Shown here piece by piece: positions 13,101 to 20,000 of a stretch of DNA of 20,000 nucleotides. This DNA comes from Catajapyx aquilonaris (taxonomy: Eukaryota), in assembly GCA_000934665.2 (NCBI GenBank), contig KZ537981.1, positions 181,981-201,980 on the forward strand. Reading direction: 5' to 3'. Each line of letters begins with the position of its first letter. The stretch's first letter is position 1. The notes under the pieces are model-generated. The model was not told the origin of the DNA. It was given only the letters and a program-made list of their open reading frames with translations, and did not search any database. The position numbers and the translations under genes are program-made.

Positions 13101-16100
13101 CTTCTGCTGTGATAGTAAAGCACACAAAACAATCCTAAACATGAGAACGTCTTGTCATGTTCATAAACCTTCTACTGTATACCAATACCAACAATAACGT
13201 TGCCTTTATAAAAGACAGAAGGCTAAAGGCGCCTTCCCATTATTGACACGGGATCCTTTCCCGGACGAATTATTTTGTGCATCATTATAATTTTTAGCAC
13301 CGGCCGTTGCTAATTACATTCGATGAAAAGGTGGAATCCAAGTTTTTAAATCGTTCTTCTCTTTAGTGAAAAAACTGGGCTTGAAATTTGAGATTTTGCA
13401 GTCGTTTGCTGCACTTCAAATGGCCTTAAGAGTGGCATTATTGTTCGCCCAAACTGATAATAGTTAATGACATAAATGCCGGTTGCACCATGTTGCAACA
13501 CCTCAAACGGGAGATTACAATAGAGAATCTTCTTGTGGCATGTTGAATTTCATGAAAATTATTGTTTGTGAACAATACCATATGCAGCTCTAAACACTCA
13601 TTCATCAGCACTTTCTGTGGCCATTTAAATTGGGGATATTCGGGCAGATATTCAGCTTGGTCTAACTTAATGATTGCAAACAGTGGATAACCAGGGGCCG
13701 AGTTTGTGCTTCACAACTCATTCGCACAATGCAAACCACTCTCTATCAACTCACTTGTAGTCTGCTGCTGTCGGTGCCACTGCAGCTGCGTCAGGGGTGG
13801 TGGTGTAAACTGCCACCCCAGGAGATACCTTGCCAATGTCCCCATTCATGTAAACGTAGCCTGCAAGCAAGACAATTTCAGATTAAATACGGAAAAAGTC
13901 CCCCTTCTTCAAATCCAGCCGTTTCAACTTCCCAGGAATTAATATACTTTTCAGGTGTTGCACACGGAACACGGAAATGCAGCTTGGCCAATTCCTAAGT
14001 GCTACTTTTACGACCATTGGCTCTGGTGTGAGGGTTGGAGTGCTTATTACCTTCCTTTCCTGCACATTTTCAGTCATGACTTTGCCTTTTTTTTATTAAT
14101 TTTGTCACCCAAAATTACACACGCAATTGGAAAAGCACTGGTGAACGAAATCGGAATAAAGCCAACAATGCAAACTTAATCAGCTCATAAGGGCACACAA
14201 ATTGATTACGCAATTCCAATTAAACATATAAAGGCAGAAGAGTGCCACATGATGGGAAGATGGTATTATCTTTAAAATCAATATTTTAAATTCAGTTAGT
14301 AACACTGTGTGAAGCGCACAAATGCCGACATTTGTTCAAAAAATGCAAATCACTCCGTACTTTGCAAAGCCGCATTGATATCTGCTTCACCTAGAACATG
14401 AACTCTTGACCCACATATCAAATTAATGACCTAGTCGTGTTACGCACTCCATGCAACAATCCAATTACAGGCCGGCCCACTCAGACCCTGGCGGAGCATC
14501 ACATTGCACTTGTCAAATACTTGTGCACTCGATTGCAATAGTCCTGTTCCAGCGCCCTTTCGCTTGACCGAATCAGGTTTCTCGGCACCACGAAACGTCC
14601 CAAATGAACTTCCCACGCGCGTTACGTTCCCTGAACAATTAACAGGACGCACACGAAGTAGTCATCTGCATTAGTCTCTGTGGTGTTAACTTGAGCAGCA
14701 CAACCCGATTTCGGGTTCTTGGCATGCCTGCGGCCAAGTTAATGAACCGCAACCAGGTCCATCGCATATTGATTTTGCAGCCAATACATAACTCTAGCAC
14801 AGTAATGCCGCCACCATCCTACGGGCCTCGTTCCAGCAGGTAGCGCCTCACATGCTCCCAAGCAGCCGCACCTGCCAGTCTGGCCATCACAGGATTACAT
14901 CTGTAGATATCAAGCATGTCGTAACCGAAGCCACGATAATTGACGATGTACTATCAGTCCAACAAGAATTGTCGCAGCGGCAGCGCACGAACTACAATCT
15001 ATGAGCACAGGTATACGATTGACTGTAGTTCGTGCGCTGCCGCTTGCGACAATTCTTGTTGGACACCAGGTACTATACGATAAAGGTGCGTTTACATGCG
15101 AACGATTTGACAAGCCGAGGCTGAGTAACGCAAGTAACCAATATCGTTTGCGGTGAAAATCAGCCTCGACGAAGACTCCGCTCGTCAAATCGCTCACATG
15201 TAAACACACTTTTAAGATATACCGCTGGAAAATTCCTCAAATAAATTGCCCTGCGTCTTACATGCGCAAATACACTAAAACCTTCCTTTCCTGAATATGA
15301 TCTGCTGAAACGGGTCATATACGCAATCAGGCTGGTGAAGCTCGCCGACTACCCTACCCACGCGACCTAATTTAAGCACCATCCTTAGGACCTCGCATCA
15401 AACGCTCCCTGCCAATCGACACCTGCAACGGAACACCTCACCGGCACAGGTTGTTCAACCCGTGTCACCACGGTGTGTTCCGCAGCACCACACCGCATCA
15501 CCACTACGCAATGTGGGTGCTGTGTGGCCCTCCCATTTCGGCCCCCCCCCACCCTGTGTTCTCGCCCCCCAGGGTTGTTTCCCCCTACCTTCCTCAGCCC
15601 TTGTGATCCCGACGAGGGGCGAGAGAGAGGCATGCACCCAGGCCTAGTTCGCCCCACTCTCTTTTCCCCTTCACCACCCANNNNNNNNNNNNNNNNNNNN
15701 NNNNNNNNNNNNNNNNNNNNNNNNNNNNNNNNNNNNNNNNNNGGGGGGGGGGGGTTATATTCGGGAAAGGAGGGAAGGGGGGGGGAAGGCAGGGTGGGTG
15801 GGCAGGGGGGGACAGCTCAAACATTTATTTAATAATTAAATTAAAAAAAATAACGTGCCTCGAGGCCGCCCCGGGTCCATTTTTTTAAAACAATGAAAAT
15901 TTCCGGGTCGCCCCCTGCCCCCCCCTTCCCACTTTGAGAAAATGTTCCAAAATGGCCGACTTGTAGAGAGAGGGAAAGAGGCACATGCCTTTTAACGCAT
16001 CAAACGAGATTGGGTGATGGGGAATGGGAGAGGGGGCAAAGTTTTCCCCCTGGTGGTGCATCATGGGATTGAAAGGGAGGGGGGAGAGAAAAAAAGAGGG

Positions 16101-18052
16101 GGGAGTGGAGACATCTGTCGAGAGATGACGGAACCGCGTGATCAAAACCGTGCAGAGGGCGAGTGACGTCACAAACATTTTTCGAACATCCGAGGCGCGG
16201 GCGCAAAGTTTCTTCCCCCGGCCCGGCCCGATCGATTCGGGATCGATTTCGAAGACCAGCCCATATGGACGATCATTACACGCGGAAAAAATGTTTAATG
16301 AATCGACAAACAAGGAATCAACAACAACAACAACACATTCGATTGGCTACACTGCTACAAACTCTGGTTGCTATTGGCTGGACGGACGCGGGAAGTTTTT
16401 GAATTGCGGTAGGGCCTATTCCTATTCAAAGTGACCATATTGGACATATGTGACCCCGTGACATTTTCCTCCCCGTTTGGGTCTGGCCGTGGGCGGAAGT
16501 CCGGTTTTTGTTGCGAGGAAATACTAGAAAAACCCCCAGCAGAAAAAAAAGTAAGAATCAGGTTGCCACTTCCGGGAATCGATATAATACGTCGTTTGTG
16601 GGGAGGGACGAGAGACTGTTCACCTCCCCAATACTGCTCGCGGGCCCCAGCCTCCGACCCCCCCACCCAACTCCTCCATCAAAACTGCGCAGATATATAA
16701 AACCACGTTTTAGCCTGGGCCACCACCACCTGTAGGCCTATGAAGCACCACAAGCTCCCGGGAGGAGGAAACAAAAAAACCTCTCTCTCTCAACAAAACC
16801 CCCACCAAATGGAGGAAGGGGGGACTCCAAAAAAACACCGCTGTTGACTTTCATGCAAGGGGTCACGGGAAATATGGGTCAAATTTTTAGCCGAGGTGTC
16901 CATCACTTGCCCGCTATAATGCAGATGGAATGTAACGCGCAAATACTCTTCTTTTAAAAAAAAATGTTCCTCGCATATTGTTATAGCTACACCGAAGTTT
17001 GACAGCATAATAATTAGCCTTTTTATTGGAAAAATTTCCCGGCCTCGTGTTATGGCCCCGCAGAATTGCATGCAGAGGGGTAGGTCATGGCCAGATACGC
17101 CCACATCAGTCCAAGCGGTTACAGTCACGGGCTGTCTACTGACCCTTTGGTGTAACCTGACACCCAGTCCCATCGGAAGCCACAACATTCCTCCACTCTG
17201 TAGTAAACAGTCTCTCTCTAGTAAACAAACCGCAACTTCTCCCGGTTTCCTCTTCTGTGACACTGCCCTTCGAGGGATATAATGCTCATTTTCTTCTTCT
17301 TTTTCATTTTGTATGATGGCAATTTTTCGTCGCAAAATGGGGCCAACCTACATAAAACACAACAAGGTTGCATCCCTGCAGCATAGGATCAAACTTTATG
17401 CGGTCATGTGCAATTCGTTATAATTAGTCATAATCAGTGTATCACAATCGTGATGTGACACAACTCACGAGTCTTCCGAAGCCAAGCTCGTTCACATGGC
17501 TTATCTGTATTGCTTGTGAACCCGGAAATTGGCAAAAACATCTGTATGACAGTGACAGTCAAATTTTAATGAGATGACCCGTCGATTTACCATCTAGTAC
17601 TATTTTACACGTGTAGATGGCGCATAATCCCTCTGCACACTCCTGTCACCCTCAGGTCGTGCGAGAGATCCTGGTACTATCATCGGACAAACATCAGACG
17701 GAGCCTACATGTTAAGTGACTCACCATCTGCTGGTGCTGCGACTGCGACTTCGTTTGTGGCCACGTAGTCCCAGAGGTCGGTGTTGACCGTCGGAGCCAT
17801 CGTGCTGTTGCTGCTGGTGGTGGTGTTGGTGCATGGGCTGGCGCTGCCTCCTCCGTTGCAGCTGATGGTGCCTCCGAGGTTGTTGTTGTTGCTGCTGACG
17901 GTGTTGTTGTTGTTGTTGACGTAGAGGACGTTGTTGTTGACGAAGGCAGGGGTGGCCATCAAAGCGGCCGCCTTGCTCTCGAAGACATGCGCCTGTGGGT
18001 TCAGAGCCAGGGCAGCACCCCCGACGCTGCTCGTGCCGCCATTTGAGGTCAC
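6773..18052 (-). CDS. LARP4: La-related protein 4 (LARP4/LARP4B family), multi-exon gene model: join(complement 17725..18052, 13755..13860, 12642..12983, 12163..12299, 11833..12086, 11484..11756, 10992..11407, 10493..10930, 9779..10147, 9177..9701, 7936..8543, 6773..7167); start codon upstream of 18052
   Basis: The spliced translation contains a La motif ([42 protein letters not shown]) followed by a LARP4-type RRM ([11 protein letters not shown]...[45 protein letters not shown]). It also has a PAM2 motif and the two C-terminal LARP4 motifs. All 11 introns have AG acceptors and GT (one GC) donors with matching phases; the exons total 4191 nt, divisible by 3. Confidence 0.93.
7936..8543 (-). 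CDS. LARP4: LARP4 exon with DKATKTD and conserved motif RLSYAQVAQ
   Basis: Acceptor acttgcag| and donor A|GTAAGT (phase 2 to 1). The motif resembles human LARP4 KLSYAEVCQ. Confidence 0.87.
9177..9701 (-). CDS. LARP4: LARP4 exon (RLSDVVKG... Ser/Thr/Ala-rich ...AAAER)
   Basis: Acceptor atttcag| and donor AG|GTGAGT; phase 2 to 2. Confidence 0.87.
9779..10147 (-). CDS. LARP4: LARP4 exon with basic patch RPRNRRRLR and conserved motif [13 protein letters not shown]
   Basis: Acceptor gttgcag| and a probable non-canonical donor AG|GCAAGT. The motif resembles human LARP4 FDLLASNFPPLPG. Confidence 0.87.
10493..10930 (-). CDS. LARP4: LARP4 exon with His-rich tract
   Basis: Acceptor ttgttccag| and donor AG|GTACCG; phase 2 to 2; open frame matches ORF 10420..10923. 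Confidence 0.83.
10992..11407 (-). CDS. LARP4: LARP4 exon ([18 protein letters not shown]...FSVNGLAP...PRA)
   Basis: Acceptor ccttcag| and donor AG|GTTAGT; phase 0 to 2. Confidence 0.87.
11484..11756 (-). CDS. LARP4: LARP4 exon: RRM end ([11 protein letters not shown]) and Ala/Gln-rich region
   Basis: Acceptor ggtttag| and donor TAC|GTGAGT; 273 nt, phase 0 to 0. Confidence 0.93.
11833..12086 (-). CDS. LARP4: LARP4 exon: end of La motif and RRM ([29 protein letters not shown]...EVREFR)
   Basis: Acceptor gtttcag| and donor AGG|GTGAGT; LARP4-specific RRM sequence. Confidence 0.96.
12163..12299 (-). CDS. LARP4: LARP4 exon: La motif core ([45 protein letters not shown])
   Basis: Acceptor ttttcag| and donor G|GTAAGT; classic La-motif residues. 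Confidence 0.96.
12373..12529. mobile_element. Small MITE-like element with imperfect terminal inverted repeats and internal 12-bp tandem repeats
   Basis: AATCCTAGTAAC at 12373 and GTTACTAAGATT at 12518-12529 form an inverted pair with 1 mismatch that extends imperfectly to about 22 bp. GGTTACCATG(A/G)C is repeated about 2.5 times from 12484. Confidence 0.35.
12642..12983 (-). CDS. LARP4: LARP4 exon: Ala/Pro-rich linker and start of La motif ([18 protein letters not shown])
   Basis: Acceptor ttcttcag|CAG (tandem NAGNAG, alternative start 12980) and donor [15 protein letters not shown] is the La-motif signature. Confidence 0.92.
13755..13860 (-). CDS. LARP4: LARP4 small exon ([36 protein letters not shown]); not shown in the ORF track
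   Basis: Acceptor ttgcttgcag| and donor AA|GTGAGT. Phase 1 to 2 exactly bridges the flanking exons. Confidence 0.85.
15681..15741. other. Assembly gap (61 N) next to a poly-G run
   Basis: Read directly from the sequence. Confidence 0.99.
15948..16584 (-). promoter_or_regulatory. Putative intronic alternative promoter (CpG-rich motif cluster)
   Basis: CCAAT boxes on the minus strand at 16342 and 16373; TGACGTCA at 16164-16171; ETS GCGGAAGT at 16493 and ACTTCCGG at 16568; GGGCGG at 16491; DRE-like ATCGAT at 16231, 16242 and 16578; YY1-like CAAAATGGC at 15948. Confidence 0.5.
17725..18052 (-). CDS. LARP4: LARP4 exon with PAM2 motif ([11 protein letters not shown]) and poly-Asn tract
   Basis: Acceptor ttttccag|GTG ACC TCA and donor GAT G|GTGAGT (phase 0 to 1). 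LNPxAxVF matches the LARP4 PAM2 (human LNPNAKVW). Confidence 0.85.
17880..17940 (-). repeat. (AAC)n coding microsatellites encoding poly-Asn
   Basis: Three GTT-repeat runs on +, giving [21 protein letters not shown]. Confidence 0.85.
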
Positions 18053-18324
18053 CTGGAAAAGACATCATACATATCCAATAATTCCAAAGAAAAATGGCTT
18101 CCACTTATTTAAAAAAAACCAATTAACAACCTTCATTAAAAATTATCCGGAAACTAATCCTGCACAAACTTGCCATGGAAAAAAGCCAACTAGAATTTTA
18201 CCAGAAAACAATCAAAGAGCCCCATTTTAAAAGGCTTCTTCGGGGTGTCACTACATGGCTTCATGCTCCTCCAAAAGGATCGTTATTAAATTAATAAGCG
18301 ACGTAAAAGTGAGGGAAAAATTAC

Positions 18325-18605
18325 CAGGTTCGGCACGTATTCTAAGCAATGGCACCCGTCTAAAATGGCCTGCTGTCCGTTGCTGCTCTGAATCTCTGTA
18401 GACTCGTAGGTCATCCTCTGACCCGCTTCAGACGAGACTCCCATTGCCCCCCTCCTTGTCTCACCAAAGCCAGCTTGGTGACTACTAAACGAGGCACCGG
18501 GTAAAAGTGACACACACGTGGCTGGTACGTCACCCCACATGTGACTAAACACCCCTCCTGACCCTCCCTTCACCTTGAGGTCCAACCCCCAGGCCCCTTT
18601 AGGAC
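18325..18605 (-). CDS. LARP4: Probable upstream LARP4 exon, possibly containing the start codon (in-frame ATGs: MWGDVP at 18540, MGVSSE, MTYEST)
   Basis: Acceptor tttgcag| before 18605 and donor CTG|GTAATT at 18325. The frame is open throughout, and its phase-0 end matches the phase-0 start of the 18052 exon. No homology recognised. Confidence 0.5.
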
Positions 18606-20000
18606 CTGCAAATCAATATGTCGCCACCCACTCAACCTGGAACGTACACCTGTCCCAATCATATCGCAGCCTTAGATTCAATAATAACAATAAAAAAAAC
18701 ATAACTGTAGTACACATATAGAGTACGCAGGGAATTACATAATGATTCATACCAACTTCTGGGGGTCATTTGCTCTCGGTACCCAAACAATAAGGTCACT
18801 TCTTTAAAAACGTATATTTAACGACGCTTTTAATTACGAGAGCTCATTAGGTGCGTATTGAGGCGATGGAAATGTCGTAGGCTGTATTCGCCACATCTTA
18901 CAAACGAAGAGCCCCATTTTACATAGACTGATGTATTAATTGGTATGAGGTAAGTAAACAACTGTAGTACACTAAACTTGGATCTGGAGAAACTGACGAT
19001 TTAACCGGACGTTTAAGTTGAACCACAGTTAATTCGTGACAGGGCTAAACAAGGCACATGAATCACCTCATCATGCTAAGCCAGGCTGTAAAATTAGCCC
19101 ATATTATTATATCAGCCATCTGTATAATCTGCAACAACCTATGGCTACTATCGAAGTGATAGACACATGATATTTTTACACCGATATAGTTACCACCTGA
19201 GACATATTGACCGGAAGCCACCGTCGTTCACACGTTAAATGCAGGGCACAAATACATAGTTGAAGGCCTTATCACTTTTATAGCCCACGTTGACATGAAT
19301 CATTATTACGTCATCAAAATGTTCGATTTTTTTTGAAAAATCTGCGTCATAATTCGTCATCACTTAACGGTCATTACCAGGTCATATTACAAGTACCCTG
19401 TACTTTTGTTGCAACATGTGACTTACGGCCGACACCCACAACAATGGTACCCCGTCGTTGTAGCCGTAGCACACGACGTAGTACATGGGGGCTCCTCAGC
19501 AGCCTAAAAGACCCCAACTCCTCAATAATTCCGAAAGAGAGAGAGAAAAAAAGAGACCAGTAAACAATATTTTAATTTGACCAAACCCCCCCCCCCCCCA
19601 NCACCCGGCAATAATAACCTTTCGTTTACAAATGGTTGCCAACCAGGAGGCTGCGGATTCATCAAAATAACTGCATGTCGTAAGTCAACCGGTTCGAGGA
19701 CAACAATGGACATTTCTCGGCGCGCGTCATCTGCTTATCTGCTAATTGGGAGATAACGAAACAGGAAAAAAATGCGCATTGTATTATAGTTGCGAGGAAA
19801 CCAATTTCACGACTATAGCTATAGCAGTCCACGTGAAAACTATCGACGGTCGGGCGAATAACAATTGGTTCCAAGAGAATTGAATAGTTGGTGGAAATTT
19901 GTATATACAGGGTGCTCAAAAACTCGCGGAAAGTCGCCAGGTAGCCTGATAGGACTCGCAAAACTAATATAGGGATGTGGAAGTAGTTTTGGGCTAACTT

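Noticed and set aside
13226..13260. GGCGCCTTCCCATT resembling a PIF/Harbinger terminus (also GGCCTTATCAC at 19265)
   Set aside because: I found no matching inverted partner in the window.
15500..16100. G/C runs suggesting G-quadruplexes (similar runs at 527-540, 2567-2581 and 19586-19599)
   Set aside because: These runs lie next to Ns or the gap, so homopolymer lengths are unreliable and may be assembly artefacts.
16790..17335. 181-aa minus-strand ORF within the large intron
   Set aside because: Non-ATG start, no recognisable homology, and not needed for phase continuity of the gene.
1..20000. CRISPR array, tRNA/rRNA/snoRNA, transposase or reverse transcriptase
   Set aside because: No repeat-spacer periodicity, RNA-gene signature or catalytic motif was visible by eye. 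An Infernal/Rfam scan would be needed to exclude small RNAs.

Overview
Eukaryotic genomic DNA, probably arthropod and possibly tick (a stylistic inference only). It is dominated by one multi-exon minus-strand gene encoding a La-related protein 4 (LARP4/LARP4B family). I rebuilt 12 phase-consistent coding exons from 18052 down to the TGA stop at 6773 (4191 nt, about 1,396 aa), plus a probable upstream exon at 18325-18605. The protein has an N-terminal PAM2 motif with canonical Phe, a La motif plus RRM (La module), the two short LARP4 C-terminal motifs ([22 protein letters not shown]) and long low-complexity tracts. Points of note: a GC-AG intron, a NAGNAG acceptor, and a promoter-like motif cluster in the intron after the PAM2 exon that could give a PAM2-less isoform. 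About 6.7 kb of U-rich sequence downstream of the stop is probably 3' UTR. There are small MITE-like remnants and a 61-N gap. No prokaryotic systems, CRISPR arrays, tRNA or rRNA genes were seen, and I found no convincing wholly new system.
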